A stretch of DNA of 64,000 nucleotides from an uncultured Pelagibacteraceae bacterium (GCA_905616445.1 CAJQSV010000008.1:2533-66532); one strand, 5' to 3'; positions 40,792-51,909 are shown, counted from the first letter of the stretch. The notes: generated by a model not told the origin, from the sequence alone. A program made the numbers and translations.

Positions 40792-41958
40792 ATGAGTGCG
40801 CTATTAAAAACATACGCTAGAAAAAGAATTTCTTTTGTAAAAGGAAAAGGTTGTTACCTGTATTCTTCGACAGGTGCTAAATATTTAGATTTTGTTCAAG
40901 GTATTGCAGTAAATTCTCTAGGTCATTGCCATGATCATTTAGTTAAAGCTATTAGCAAACAATCAAAAAAATTATGGAACGTTTCTAATGCTTTTATAAT
41001 TCTAGAGCAAGAAAGATTAGCAAAGAGACTCACCCAAAACTCATTTGCAGATTATGTGGGCTTTCAAAATTCAGGTGCAGAAGCAACCGAACTTGCGATT
41101 AAAGTAGCTAGAAGATATTTTTATTCAAAAGGTCAGCCTAAAAAAAATAGAATTATATGTTTAAATAATAGTTTTCATGGCAGAACTCTAGCGACAATTT
41201 TCGCAAGCAATAGCAAGAAAGCCACAGAAGGGTTTGGACCTAAAGTAGATGGTTTTGATCATTTCAATTTTGCAGATCACAGAAGTCTAGAAAGATCTAT
41301 AACAAAAAAAACTGCAGCAATAATGGTTGAGACGATCATGGGAGAAGGTGGAATTAAAGTTATTCCTGATTATTGTTTAAAAGGTTTAAGAAAATTATGT
41401 AATAAAAAAAATATTTTACTTATTTTGGATGAGGTTCAGTGCGGAATTGGAAGAACGGGTAAATTTTTTGCCTTTGAATACGCAGGTATTACTCCAGACA
41501 TAGTTCCTATTGCCAAAGGAATAGGTGGTGGCTTTCCTATTGGAGCTTGTCTTATGACTAAGAAAGTAGCTTCTTGTATGGAGCCTGGATCTCATGGATC
41601 AACATTTGGAGGCAATCCATTAGCCATGAGTGTTGGTAACGCAGTTTTAGATCAAATTCTTAAAAAAGATTTTCTAAAAAGCGTACAGATTATTTCAAAA
41701 TATTTTCACGAAGAACTATTCAAGCTGCAGTCTGAATTTCCAGATATAATTAAAGAAGTCAGAGGTTTAGGCTTATTGATTGGAATCAAAATAAATCCTG
41801 ACCAAAATTTATTTGTCAAAAAGCTTTTAGACAACAAGCTATTAACCATAAGAGCAGCCGAAAACGTTATAAGATTATTACCACCACTAAACGTTAAAAA
41901 AGAAAATATAGATGAAGCAATAGTAATTTTAAGAAAAGTATGTAAAAATTTTAAATGA
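40792..41958 (+). CDS. argD: Acetylornithine aminotransferase
   Basis: NSGAEA, FHGRT, DEVQCG.GRTG, AKGIGGG, HGSTFGGNP; upstream of argF. Confidence 0.95.
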   Translation: MSALLKTYARKRISFVKGKGCYLYSSTGAKYLDFVQGIAVNSLGHCHDHLVKAISKQSKKLWNVSNAFIILEQERLAKRLTQNSFADYVGFQNSGAEATELAIKVARRYFYSKGQPKKNRIICLNNSFHGRTLATIFASNSKKATEGFGPKVDGFDHFNFADHRSLERSITKKTAAIMVETIMGEGGIKVIPDYCLKGLRKLCNKKNILLILDEVQCGIGRTGKFFAFEYAGITPDIVPIAKGIGGGFPIGACLMTKKVASCMEPGSHGSTFGGNPLAMSVGNAVLDQILKKDFLKSVQIISKYFHEELFKLQSEFPDIIKEVRGLGLLIGIKINPDQNLFVKKLLDNKLLTIRAAENVIRLLPPLNVKKENIDEAIVILRKVCKNFK

Positions 41959-42881
41959 AAAATTTTTTAAATATTTCTGATGTATCTTCTCAAGTCTTAA
42001 GAGAGATTCTAGAAGAAGCAAAGATAAGAAAATCAAAAAGAAAAGACCTAAATAAATCAGCAACTGATTTTGACCAGCCTTTTTCTGGAAAGTCTATGAT
42101 TATGATTTTTGAAAAACCTTCTACAAGAACAAGAATTTCTTTTGATATTGCGGCCAAACAATTGGGCGGCTCTTCAATTATTCTGAATCCAGATGTAATT
42201 CATTACGGCAAAGGTGATGAGTCTATAAAAGATACCGCTAAAGTTCTATCAGAGTATGCTGATATTATAATGATGAGAACTTCTTTGCATAAAAATTTAG
42301 CAGAGTTTGCCAAATACTCGGACATACCAGTGATTAATGGTTTATCCGAACAAAGCCATCCATGTCAAATAATGTCAGACATTTTGACTTTCGAAGAGAT
42401 TAAAGGTGACATAAAAGATAAAACTATTACTTGGTTAGGTGACGGAAACAACAATATGTCAAATTCATTTATTGAAGCTTCGGCAAAATTTGGTTTTAAA
42501 CTTAATATTGGTTGTCCAGACAAATATAAACCAAATAAAAATATAATAGCTTGGGCTAAAAAAAATAAGGCTAATGTTACAATTACTAAAAATCCTAATG
42601 AGGCAGTTAAAAATGCAGATTGCGTTATGACCGATAAATGGGTTTCCATGAACGACAGAGTAGATAAAAAGAAAAAGAAGCAAATACTAAAAAGCTATCA
42701 AGTTAATAAAAAAATAATGAAGTTAGCAAAATCTGATGCAATTTTTATGCATTGTCTCCCTGTTGGAAGAGGAGAAGAGGCAACAGATGAAATTGTTGAC
42801 GGAAAACAATCTGTAGTTTGGACACAAGCTCTCAATAGAGTTCACACACAAAAAAGTATCATAAATTGGTGTTTGAAATAA
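41955..42881 (+). CDS. argF: Ornithine carbamoyltransferase
   Basis: STRTR, HPCQ, WVSM, HCLP. Confidence 0.96.
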   Translation: MKNFLNISDVSSQVLREILEEAKIRKSKRKDLNKSATDFDQPFSGKSMIMIFEKPSTRTRISFDIAAKQLGGSSIILNPDVIHYGKGDESIKDTAKVLSEYADIIMMRTSLHKNLAEFAKYSDIPVINGLSEQSHPCQIMSDILTFEEIKGDIKDKTITWLGDGNNNMSNSFIEASAKFGFKLNIGCPDKYKPNKNIIAWAKKNKANVTITKNPNEAVKNADCVMTDKWVSMNDRVDKKKKKQILKSYQVNKKIMKLAKSDAIFMHCLPVGRGEEATDEIVDGKQSVVWTQALNRVHTQKSIINWCLK

Positions 42882-43424
42882 TTAAGGTCTTGGTAGAGGA
42901 CTGTCACTTTGAGAATTTAAATATAAGATTACAGAAGCTCTATCTTTGTTCTTTCTTAACCCAGCGTAAGCCATCTTAGTTCCTTTGATATAAGATTTAG
43001 GTTTTAACAAAAAAGCATTTAACTCTTCAAAACTCCAATTTTTTCCATGAGCTATTAAAGCTTTTGAATAAGCATAACCATCAATAGAAGCAGCAGGTCG
43101 CCCAACTACTCCATAGAGAGCAGGTCCAATTAAATTTTTTCCACCTTTAGCAACAATGTGACAAGCACTACACTTTTTAAAAACTTTTTCACCATGTGTC
43201 AGATCACCCAAGGCTAGTATTTCTTTGATATCAAGTTGAACCATTTTTTTGACTACAGTTGTTACCCCAGTTGATGATGCCAGTTCTACTCCCTCAACTT
43301 TATATGCTGATTGTTTTGGCTTTTTGACATGAAAGACTGTGTCAGCAAATTTATTGATACCTATGACGATTAAAGCAGTCATAAGAACAGCAGCTATAAT
43401 TTTATTTAATTCAAAACTATCCAT
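42882..43424 (-). CDS. Membrane-anchored class I cytochrome c (CycM-like)
   Basis: MDSFELNK TM anchor, CSACH, GPALYGVVGR, GTKMAYAG. Confidence 0.9.
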   Translation of the reverse strand: MDSFELNKIIAAVLMTALIVIGINKFADTVFHVKKPKQSAYKVEGVELASSTGVTTVVKKMVQLDIKEILALGDLTHGEKVFKKCSACHIVAKGGKNLIGPALYGVVGRPAASIDGYAYSKALIAHGKNWSFEELNAFLLKPKSYIKGTKMAYAGLRKNKDRASVILYLNSQSDSPLPRP

Positions 43425-43517
43425 AAATTTGGTAATTACTATTTGACGTATAACATGGCTTTATTAAAAAAAACTTAAAATTTAGTCATTTTATTTGCGT
43501 CCTAGAGACGCATAAAT

Positions 43518-44252
43518 ATGGATAACATTGCAATAATAATACCTTCAAGACTTAATGCCGAAAGGCTACCTAATAAGCCTTTGAAACTTATTAAAAATAA
43601 AGAAATGATTCTTCATGTTCTTGATGCCGCTAAAGATTCAGATGTAGGTCAAGTTATCGTGGCAACACCTGATCAAGAAATTTTAGAACTCATCGAAAAA
43701 CATGATGGCCAAGCCGTACTAACAAGCAACAAACATGAAACAGGTACAGATCGAGTATATGAGGTGTTTAAAAAGAAATTAAATTCTAAACCAGAAATTA
43801 TAATTAATTTTCAAGGTGATATGCCGAACTTAAATCCTAATGTAATAAAAAATTTAGCAAAACATATGAAAAAAAATTTATGTGACATTGGCACATTAGC
43901 TTCTCGTATAGAAAACAAACATGAAGAAAAAGATTTTAATGTTGTAAAAGTACTTACTGAAAACAGTATCGAAAATAAATCATTTGCTAAAGCTATAAAT
44001 TTTTTTAGGTCTTCTAATGAGCCTTTAAACAAATATACTTATCATCACGTAGGAATTTATGCCTTTACTAACAAAGCCTTGATAAGATATGTAAGTTTAA
44101 AGAGAAGCAAGCTAGAGGTAGAAAGAAAGCTTGAACAAATGCGAGCACTTGAAGATAAAATGAAAATAGACGTAGGATATATTGACTCGTGTCCTTTGAG
44201 TGTTGACACTGAAGCAGATTTAAAAGCAATAAAAAAAATAATGGAAAATTAA
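43518..44252 (+). CDS. kdsB: CMP-KDO synthetase
   Basis: IPSR...RLPNKPL, GTDR, QGD, HVGIY, LEQMR, VDT. Confidence 0.95.
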   Translation: MDNIAIIIPSRLNAERLPNKPLKLIKNKEMILHVLDAAKDSDVGQVIVATPDQEILELIEKHDGQAVLTSNKHETGTDRVYEVFKKKLNSKPEIIINFQGDMPNLNPNVIKNLAKHMKKNLCDIGTLASRIENKHEEKDFNVVKVLTENSIENKSFAKAINFFRSSNEPLNKYTYHHVGIYAFTNKALIRYVSLKRSKLEVERKLEQMRALEDKMKIDVGYIDSCPLSVDTEADLKAIKKIMEN

Positions 44253-45095
44253 ATGAAAAAAATTAAAATAGCTTTTCAAGGTGAAAAAGGTGCTTACTCT
44301 CACATTGCGTCCGAGGAAGTCTTTAAAAATGCAGAAATAAAAAATTGTGCTACTTTTGAAGAAACCTTCAAAACAGCTTTTGAAGACGAAAACTTTAAAG
44401 CAATTATTCCGCTTGAGAATTCATTAGCGGGTAGAGTGGCCGATATTCATTATTTATTACCAAAATATAAATTACAAATATATGCAGAACATTTTCAAAA
44501 AGTTGAACATTGTTTACTGTGCAAACAGGAGGCGGAACTAAAAGACATTAAGTATGTAAGAAGTCACGCCCAAGCTATTGGGCAATGCCAAGAAATTATA
44601 AAAAAGAATAATTTGAAAATTATTATTTCTGCAGATACCGCAGGTTCTGCAAAAGATCTAGCAGAGAGTAAAGACAACTTCATAGCAGCTATAGCGTCAG
44701 AACTTGCGGCTGAGACATATAGTTTAAAAATATTGAAAAAAAATATTGAGGACGAAGCAGGTAATATTACACGTTTCTTGGTGATGGGAAAAAATATTAA
44801 ACAACCAGAATACGATAAAAACAAAAAATATATAACGACTTGTATTTTTAGACTAAAAAGTGAACCTTCAGCTTTGTATAAATCACTAGGAGGTTTTGCT
44901 GCCAATCAAATTAATCTAACTAAATTGGAAAGTTTTTCAGTAAAAAATACTTTTGATCAAACTAATTTTTATTTAGATTTGGAAGGACATATCGAGCAAA
45001 AAACAGTTAAAAAAAGCCTAGAAGAGCTTGGTTTTCATACTGAGAGCTTAGATATCTTAGGAGTTTATGAAGCTTCAAAATTTAGGCAAAAATAG
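44253..45095 (+). CDS. pheA: Prephenate dehydratase
   Basis: FQGEKGAYS, PLENS, TRF, ACT domain NLTKLES. Confidence 0.93.
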   Translation: MKKIKIAFQGEKGAYSHIASEEVFKNAEIKNCATFEETFKTAFEDENFKAIIPLENSLAGRVADIHYLLPKYKLQIYAEHFQKVEHCLLCKQEAELKDIKYVRSHAQAIGQCQEIIKKNNLKIIISADTAGSAKDLAESKDNFIAAIASELAAETYSLKILKKNIEDEAGNITRFLVMGKNIKQPEYDKNKKYITTCIFRLKSEPSALYKSLGGFAANQINLTKLESFSVKNTFDQTNFYLDLEGHIEQKTVKKSLEELGFHTESLDILGVYEASKFRQK

Positions 45096-45154
45096 TCCAC
45101 AAAATCTTTAAACTAGTCTTGTGGTAATCAAATTGATCTTGATATAATCAAGTT

Positions 45155-45244
45155 GAGGTTGGCATCAGGTGGATGTTTCATAAACCCGGTCAGGACCGAA
45201 AGGAAGCAGCCGTAGTGAAAATTTTTCAGGTTGTTGCCTGCCTC
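45155..45244 (+). ncRNA. ffs: Signal recognition particle 4.5S RNA
   Basis: GGTCAGGACCGAAAGGAAGCAGCC domain IV; closing stem GAGGTTGGCA/TGCCTGCCTC; usual position before dnaX. Confidence 0.95.
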
Positions 45245-45254
45245 TTTAAATATA

Positions 45255-46934
45255 ATGACAGATAATAAAATTTTAGCTCTAAAATACAGACCTCAAGAAT
45301 TTAAAGATCTTATTGGTCAAGAAGTAATGGCACAAACTATTACTAATGCAATTAAACTTGGCAAAACTCCCAATGCTTATTTATTAACTGGAATAAGAGG
45401 AGTGGGCAAAACCACCACCGCCAGATTAATAGCTAAAGCTTTAAACTGCATTAAAAAATTTGATGAAGGAGAAAAATGTAAGGAAGACGAGTATTGCCAC
45501 TGCACTGAAATAGTAAATTCTAATCACATGGATATTTTAGAAATGGATGCTGCATCAAAAACAGGGATTGATGATATTAGAGAATTGATTGAGAATGCCA
45601 AATACAGTCCAACAAGCGCTAAGTTTAAAATTTTTATTATCGATGAGGTACACATGCTATCAAAACAAGCATTTAACGGATTATTAAAAACTTTAGAAGA
45701 ACCACCTCCACGATTAAAATTTATTTTAGCAACCACGGAAGTTAGAAAAATTCCCGTAACCATCCTTTCAAGATGTCAAAGGTTTGACTTAAAAAGAGTT
45801 AATTTAGAAAAGTTATTTTTACATCTCAAGAATATAGCAAAAAAGGAAAGTGGAAGTATTTCTGATGGCGCGTTACAGTTAATAGCAAGAACATCAGAGG
45901 GATCTGTACGTGACGCTATCTCTTTACTGGATCGAGCTTTAATTAGCCAAAGTATTAACAATAAAGAAATTCAAGAACAAGATGTAAGACAAATGTTAGG
46001 TTTAGCGGATCGAAGTAAATTAATTTTACTTTTTAAAGAAATTTTATCGGGCAATCAAAATGAAGCATGTAAGTATTTGAAAGAACTCATTGATAGTGGC
46101 TTAGATGCAAAAAATTTTCTAAATGATATTTTAGAAATTCTCTATCTATTTAATAGAAGAATAAATTTAGGACCTGTCGAAAAAGATTTAATGATTTCAG
46201 AATCGGAGATTCAGCTAATTAATGAGTATTCTAAAAATTTAGACTCTCAGGATCTAGGAATTTTTTGGCAACTCACCATTAAAACTATGGACGATTTAAG
46301 GATAGTGGGAAATGAAAATTTAGCTTTAGAAATGTATGTCATGCAATTAATGCATCTAAAAAATATTGATCAAAAACCAGAAAGCACATCAAATTTTCAT
46401 TCTAACGGAGAGTCATTAGAGCCAAAAAAAGTACTAATATCAAACAATGGTGAACAAGATGACGAAAAAATAAAAAGTATTTATAAAAATCAACTTAAAA
46501 ATACAGATCAAATAAAGACAAATCCTGTAAAAAATCCTGAGCTTAAATCTGAACACTTAAATTCTTTAACCATTAGAACTTTTAAAGACTTGATTCAATT
46601 AGCCACTAAAGAGAAAGAGGTGGAACTTAAATATGATTTAGAGAGAAACGTGAAACTAGTAAGTTTTGCACCAGGCAAAATGAATATTACTTTTAATGAA
46701 AAACTTAATAAAAATTTTATTAAAATTTTAACCGAGAAATTATTAATATGGACAGGTGAAAGGTGGATTATTTCTCTCAGCAAAGAGCAAGGAGAAGAAA
46801 CTATTTACGAAAAAAATCTTACAAATAAAAAAGGCAAACTAGCTCAAGAAATGAACAGCGAGGAAGTAAAAAGTTTTCTTGATATTTTTCCCGATGCTAA
46901 GCTTATTGATGTTACGGAGGATAATGATGCCTGA
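45255..46934 (+). CDS. dnaX: DNA polymerase III gamma/tau
   Basis: LALKYRP, GIRGVGKTT, DEVHML, SRC; ATG at 45255 after ffs. Confidence 0.96.
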   Translation: MTDNKILALKYRPQEFKDLIGQEVMAQTITNAIKLGKTPNAYLLTGIRGVGKTTTARLIAKALNCIKKFDEGEKCKEDEYCHCTEIVNSNHMDILEMDAASKTGIDDIRELIENAKYSPTSAKFKIFIIDEVHMLSKQAFNGLLKTLEEPPPRLKFILATTEVRKIPVTILSRCQRFDLKRVNLEKLFLHLKNIAKKESGSISDGALQLIARTSEGSVRDAISLLDRALISQSINNKEIQEQDVRQMLGLADRSKLILLFKEILSGNQNEACKYLKELIDSGLDAKNFLNDILEILYLFNRRINLGPVEKDLMISESEIQLINEYSKNLDSQDLGIFWQLTIKTMDDLRIVGNENLALEMYVMQLMHLKNIDQKPESTSNFHSNGESLEPKKVLISNNGEQDDEKIKSIYKNQLKNTDQIKTNPVKNPELKSEHLNSLTIRTFKDLIQLATKEKEVELKYDLERNVKLVSFAPGKMNITFNEKLNKNFIKILTEKLLIWTGERWIISLSKEQGEETIYEKNLTNKKGKLAQEMNSEEVKSFLDIFPDAKLIDVTEDNDA

Positions 46935-47247
46935 TTTTACTGACATGCTTTCAAAAGCAAAAGAAATGCAAACAAAAATGAAAGATGCTCAAGATGCTAT
47001 TAAAAATATTGAAGTTGAAGGTGAGGCTGGGGGAAATTTAGTTAAAGTCATTCTAACCGGTGACTACGAAATTAAAGCTATTAATGTGAGCGAAGAAGCA
47101 AAGAAAGAAACTGCAGAAATTATCAACGATTTAATTATAGCAGCTTACAACAATGCAAAAGAAAAATTAAAAAAAAAATCTGCTGAAGAACTTTCAAAAG
47201 CAACAGGGGGAATGAATTTACCTTTCGATCTTAAATTCCCTTTTTAA
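46924..47247 (+). CDS. ybaB: Nucleoid-associated YbaB/EbfC protein
   Basis: EGEAGGNLVKV, DLIIAAYN; GGAGG SD before ATG 46924/46927. Confidence 0.92.
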   Translation: MMPDFTDMLSKAKEMQTKMKDAQDAIKNIEVEGEAGGNLVKVILTGDYEIKAINVSEEAKKETAEIINDLIIAAYNNAKEKLKKKSAEELSKATGGMNLPFDLKFPF

Positions 47248-47853
47248 ATGGACAATCATATTCCAGCGATAGATGAACTAATAAAACTCTTTGCCAAATT
47301 GCCAGGCTTAGGTCCAAAATCTGCAAAAAGAATAATCTTAAAATTAATTAACAATAAAGAAAGCATGGTAAAACCCTTAGCTCAATCATTAGCTAAAGTT
47401 TATAAAAGTATTGTTAGATGCTTGAATTGTGGAAACCTTAAAACAATAAATCAGCCATGCGTGTGCGAAAGTGAAAATACTTTTGATAAAATTTGTGTGG
47501 TAGAAAATTTAGCAGATATGTGGGCTATAGAATCTTCAAATATTTACAAGGGACACTTTCATATTCTTGGAGGCACTTTGAGTTCAAATGAAAATTATGA
47601 GCAAAAAAATTTATTAATAGACTCTTTAGTAAGAAGAGTTAAAAAAAATAGCCTTAAAGAAGTTATTATAGCAACTAGCGCTACAATTGAGGGGCAAACA
47701 ACCGCTCATTATATTGAAGATGCAATCAAAAATGACAAGATAACAATAACAAAACTTGCCCAAGGTTTGCCCGTAGGCGGTGAAATTGAACAATTAGACG
47801 ATGGCACTTTATATTCAGCGTTTAAAAATAGAGTTCCTGTTACAAGTGAATAA
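47248..47853 (+). CDS. recR: Recombination mediator RecR
   Basis: LPGLGPKSA.R, Cys4 cluster, Toprim EGQTT, GLPVGGE. Confidence 0.95.
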   Translation: MDNHIPAIDELIKLFAKLPGLGPKSAKRIILKLINNKESMVKPLAQSLAKVYKSIVRCLNCGNLKTINQPCVCESENTFDKICVVENLADMWAIESSNIYKGHFHILGGTLSSNENYEQKNLLIDSLVRRVKKNSLKEVIIATSATIEGQTTAHYIEDAIKNDKITITKLAQGLPVGGEIEQLDDGTLYSAFKNRVPVTSE

Positions 47854-47862
47854 TAAATTTTT

Positions 47863-48474
47863 ATGATTGAGCTTTTTTTTAAAACTTTTATTTTTTATTT
47901 TATTGTTATTGACCCTATTGGTAGTACACCTATTTTTTTAGTAGTAACCGAACACCTTGAGACAAAAGAAAAAATAAAAACAGCTCTTCATGGAACATTT
48001 ATAGCAACACTTATTTTGTTATTTTTTGGACTTTTAGGTAATAGTATTTTAGCTTACCTAAACATATCTTTTCCTGCATTTACTATTGCTGGTGGAATTA
48101 TCTTATTTATCATTGCTTTAGAAATGCTTTTTGACAAAAGGCAACAGAGAAAAGAAGAAAACACTAATTTTACATCTGACAAACTTAGCATTTTCCCACT
48201 TGCAACACCTTTGCTTGCAGGGCCCGCTGCAATTACCTCTGTTATCGTCTCAGTTAGCGCAGCAGGAAATGATTTCACTAAACAAGCTATTGGAATGTTT
48301 GCTTTGATTGCCGCGACACTAGTAACTTTTATTATCTTATTTATTGCAGCAAAATCAGAAAAAATAATTAATAAAAGGATTATAAGTATATTTTCAAGAA
48401 TAGTAGCAATTGTTTTAGCTGGCTTAAGTGTCCAGTATATTCTTGATGGAATTAAAACTTTTATGAGTATTTAA
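47863..48474 (+). CDS. MarC family membrane protein
   Basis: [24 protein letters not shown]. Confidence 0.92.
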   Translation: MIELFFKTFIFYFIVIDPIGSTPIFLVVTEHLETKEKIKTALHGTFIATLILLFFGLLGNSILAYLNISFPAFTIAGGIILFIIALEMLFDKRQQRKEENTNFTSDKLSIFPLATPLLAGPAAITSVIVSVSAAGNDFTKQAIGMFALIAATLVTFIILFIAAKSEKIINKRIISIFSRIVAIVLAGLSVQYILDGIKTFMSI

Positions 48475-50587
48475 TTTTTTTCTCTAATCTGCGTTTGTGA
48501 AGCAGCGGTTCCGTGTAGCCTGAAGGTTGTATACGCCCTTTAAACACTAAATCGCAAGCTGCTAAAAAAGCAATAGAGTTTTCAAAGTTGCCAAACATAG
48601 GTTCATAGTTTTTGTCACTACTATTTTGTTTGTCTACAATACTTGCCATTTTTTTCATAACTTCCATGACTTGATCTTTACTGCAAATATTATGATGTAA
48701 CCAATTCGCTATATGCTGAGAAGATATTCTCAGCGTTGCTCTATCTTCCATCAAACCAATGTTATTAAAATCAGGTACCTTAGAACAGCCAACACCTTGG
48801 TTTACCCATCTCACAACATAACCTAAAATCCCTTGAGCATTATTTTCTAGCTCTTTATTAACGTCTTCTACTGACCAATTAGGCCTGTCAGCTATAGGAA
48901 TTGATAAAATATTTTCTACTTTTGCTTTAGATCTTGACATGATTTCCGCCTGTTTTTTAAAAACATCTACCTGGTGATAATGTATAGTATGAAGAGTTGC
49001 TGCTGTTGGTGACGGAACCCAAGCACAATTTGCCCCTGCTAAAGGATGTCCAATTTTTTGAGTCATCATATCTGCCATACGATCTGGCATAGCCCACATG
49101 CCTTTACCTATTTGAGCTCTTCCAGAAAGACCACAAGCTAACCCAATATCAACGTTCCAATCCTCATAAGTATTTAGCCAAACAGATTTTTTCATGTCTC
49201 CTTTAAAAATCATTGGTCCAGCTTCAAACGAAGTATGCATTTCATCACCTGTTCGATCTAAAAATCCAGTATTAATAAAAACTATTCTTTCTTTAACAGC
49301 ACGGATACACTCTTTTAAATTGACTGTAGTTCTTCGTTCTTCATCCATAATACCAACTTTAATTGTATTTCTTTTTAATTCCAAAACATCTTCTACCTTA
49401 CTAAAAATTGTATTAGTAAAAGCGACCTCTTCAGGTCCATGCATTTTAGGTTTAACAATATAAACAGATCCTGTTCTTGAATTTATTTTATTTTTGAAAT
49501 CGTGTTTTGCACACAAAACGCTCATAAAAGAATCCATAATACCTTCAGGAATTTCCGATCCATCTTTTAAAGTGATTGAAGGATTGGTCATTAAGTGACC
49601 AACGTTCCGGTTTAATAATAACGCTCTACCATGTAGTTTTAATTTTCCACCATTAATATTTTGGTATGTTTTGTCTGAATTTAATTTTCTTATAAATTTT
49701 TTTCCATTCTTTTCCATCTCGGTTTGTAAATTACCCTTCATAATACCGAGCCAATTTCTATAACATCTAACTTTATCTTCCGCATCGACTGCCGCAACAG
49801 AATCTTCATTGTCCACAATAGTTGAAATAGCGGACTCGATTACAACATCACTAATGTTTGCTTTATCAGTGCTACCAATTTTACTTTTGACATCAATAAT
49901 AATATCAACGTGTAAATTATTATTTTTAAGCAGCAGTGAAGAAGGGTTATCTTTAGATCCATTATAACCAACTAATTGATTTTTATTTTTTAGGTTAAGA
50001 CTGTCAATTAAAATTTTTGAAATATTTCTCCAGCTACCATTATTTAGAGGGAAAGTTTTATCTAAAAAGCTTTTGGCATATTCAATAACTTTTTCCCCTC
50101 GTTCAGGATTGTAAGAGCCACTTTTTGCAGCTTTATCAGTATCTGGAATAACATCTGAACCATAAAGCGCATCATATAAACTACCCCAACGAGCGTTTGC
50201 CGCATTCAAAGCATATCTTGCATTATCTATTGGCACCACTAATTGAGGACCTGCAATTTTTGCTATTTCTTCATCTACATTTTGAGTTGAAATTTGAAAA
50301 TCTTCTTTTTCCTCAACAATATAGTTTATTGATTTAAGAAATTTAATATATTCATTCTTGTTTAATTCTTTACCTTTATTAACAAGGTGCCATTCATCAA
50401 TTTTTTTTTGAATACTTTCTCTTTTTTCTATTAAAGCTTTATTGATAGGTGCAAGTTCATGAACCGCAAGGTCAAATTTTTTCCAGAAATTTTCAGCATC
50501 TATGTCTGTACCTGGAATAACCTCTTGATTAACAAACTCAAGCAATACAGAGCTTATTGTTAAATTTCCTTTTTTAATTTGATTCAT
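48461..50587 (-). CDS. glcB: Malate synthase G
   Basis: [49 protein letters not shown]; ATG 50587 preferred because 50608 lies inside the RNA leader. Confidence 0.96.
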   Translation of the reverse strand: MNQIKKGNLTISSVLLEFVNQEVIPGTDIDAENFWKKFDLAVHELAPINKALIEKRESIQKKIDEWHLVNKGKELNKNEYIKFLKSINYIVEEKEDFQISTQNVDEEIAKIAGPQLVVPIDNARYALNAANARWGSLYDALYGSDVIPDTDKAAKSGSYNPERGEKVIEYAKSFLDKTFPLNNGSWRNISKILIDSLNLKNKNQLVGYNGSKDNPSSLLLKNNNLHVDIIIDVKSKIGSTDKANISDVVIESAISTIVDNEDSVAAVDAEDKVRCYRNWLGIMKGNLQTEMEKNGKKFIRKLNSDKTYQNINGGKLKLHGRALLLNRNVGHLMTNPSITLKDGSEIPEGIMDSFMSVLCAKHDFKNKINSRTGSVYIVKPKMHGPEEVAFTNTIFSKVEDVLELKRNTIKVGIMDEERRTTVNLKECIRAVKERIVFINTGFLDRTGDEMHTSFEAGPMIFKGDMKKSVWLNTYEDWNVDIGLACGLSGRAQIGKGMWAMPDRMADMMTQKIGHPLAGANCAWVPSPTAATLHTIHYHQVDVFKKQAEIMSRSKAKVENILSIPIADRPNWSVEDVNKELENNAQGILGYVVRWVNQGVGCSKVPDFNNIGLMEDRATLRISSQHIANWLHHNICSKDQVMEVMKKMASIVDKQNSSDKNYEPMFGNFENSIAFLAACDLVFKGRIQPSGYTEPLLHKRRLEKKIKYS

Positions 50588-50599
50588 GTGCGCCAATTT

Positions 50600-50678
50600 A
50601 TTTTCCATCTATTTTAGCACCTAAGAGTTTCCGGGGTTTCTCCTACAAAGTTATAATAAAATAGTCTCTCCTATTTTT
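50600..50678 (-). promoter_or_regulatory. Degenerate glycine-riboswitch-like leader of glcB
   Basis: Minus strand GGAGAGACT...GTAGGAGAAACCCCGGAAACTCTTAGGT...AGATGG resembles the glycine aptamer core GGAGAG..GAAGG..GAAACTCTCAGG; glcB glycine riboswitches are reported for SAR11. Confidence 0.7.
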
Positions 50679-50799
50679 AAATTTGACCTACCATTTAAGT
50701 AAAGTCAATTAATTAAAAACATTATTATATATAAGCCATTTTAAAGACTTAATTAAATTCTATTAAAAAGGAAACTATGTTAAAAATATTAAAAGCATT

Positions 50800-51909
50800 A
50801 TGAAAAATTATCTAGAGTTTGAAAAAGAAATTAAAACGTTAGAAACAGATTTAGAAAGTCTAAAAAGTCCATTCGGCTCAGAGGGTATTTCAGAAGTAGA
50901 TACTCAAAAAATTATAAAAACAGAAGAACAAATTAATGAAAAATTAAAAATGACGTACTCTAGTTTAAATAGCTGGCAAAGAACCTTAGTTGCAAGACAT
51001 GAAGATCGACCTAAAGCAAATTTCTATATAAAAAAAATATTTTCAAGTTTTACACCTTTGTCAGGCGATAGACTTTTTTCAGATGACAAGTCAGTTATAG
51101 CTGGATTTGGTCTTATTGATAAAAAATCAGTGTTAATTATTGGCCAAGAAAAAGGAGAGGATCTTACAAGTCGAATTGAAAGAAATTTTGGAATGATGCG
51201 ACCTGAAGGGTACCGAAAATGTATTCGCTTAATGCAATTAGCAAATCGATTTCAAATACCAATTGTAACTTTCATTGATACACCAGGTGCTTACCCAGGT
51301 ATTGGAGCGGAACAAAGAGGTCAAGCTTCCGCTATCGCAACCTCAATTGAGTGTTGTATGTCACTTAAAGTTCCAAATATTTCTATTATTATAGGAGAAG
51401 GTGGATCAGGCGGAGCAATCGCCTTGGCATCATCAAATAAAGTAATTATGTTAGAGAATTCAATTTATTCTGTAATCTCACCTGAGGGGTGCGCATCTAT
51501 TTTATGGAGAGATCCAAGTAAATCACTGCAAGCGGCTGAAGCGATGAAGTTAACAGCCAAAGATTTATTGGAGCTTGGAATCATCGACGAGGTAATTGAA
51601 GAACCACTAGGTGGCGCTCATCGCGACCGAGAAAGTATGGCTCAAAACATCAGGGATGTAATTATAAAAAATTTAAGATATTTTGAAAACCTTTCAAGAG
51701 ACGAAGTCTACGATGATAGAAAAGCTAAGTTTTTAAAAATAGGTAGAGAAAGAGGATTTGCAAAATCAGCCAATCTTAACGATGTCGGGCTTGGATACAA
51801 AGAGTCTTATTTTGGTAAAGTAAGAAGAGAGTTTAATAAGAATCAATATCTTTATTACGGTTTAATTACATTTTTGCTTGTCCTAATTACAATTATAACT
51901 GTTGTATAA
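50800..51909 (+). CDS. accA: Acetyl-CoA carboxylase carboxyltransferase alpha with C-terminal hydrophobic tail
   Basis: RNFGM.RPEGYRK, DTPGAYPG, GEGGSGGA, YSVISPEG. Confidence 0.96.
   Translation: MKNYLEFEKEIKTLETDLESLKSPFGSEGISEVDTQKIIKTEEQINEKLKMTYSSLNSWQRTLVARHEDRPKANFYIKKIFSSFTPLSGDRLFSDDKSVIAGFGLIDKKSVLIIGQEKGEDLTSRIERNFGMMRPEGYRKCIRLMQLANRFQIPIVTFIDTPGAYPGIGAEQRGQASAIATSIECCMSLKVPNISIIIGEGGSGGAIALASSNKVIMLENSIYSVISPEGCASILWRDPSKSLQAAEAMKLTAKDLLELGIIDEVIEEPLGGAHRDRESMAQNIRDVIIKNLRYFENLSRDEVYDDRKAKFLKIGRERGFAKSANLNDVGLGYKESYFGKVRREFNKNQYLYYGLITFLLVLITIITVV

Noticed and set aside
45138-45152. CTTGAT-ATA-ATCAAG palindrome upstream of ffs, FNR-like
   Set aside because: Spacer is 3 nt, not 4, and it overlaps the likely -10 (TATAAT) of ffs.
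46405-46455. dnaX A AAA AAA heptamer with upstream GGAG and a nearby -1 frame stop, plus an in-frame GCA AAA AAG at about 45838
   Set aside because: A-runs are everywhere in this genome, there is no clear stimulatory hairpin, and the exact E. coli-type motif lies too early to yield a functional gamma subunit.
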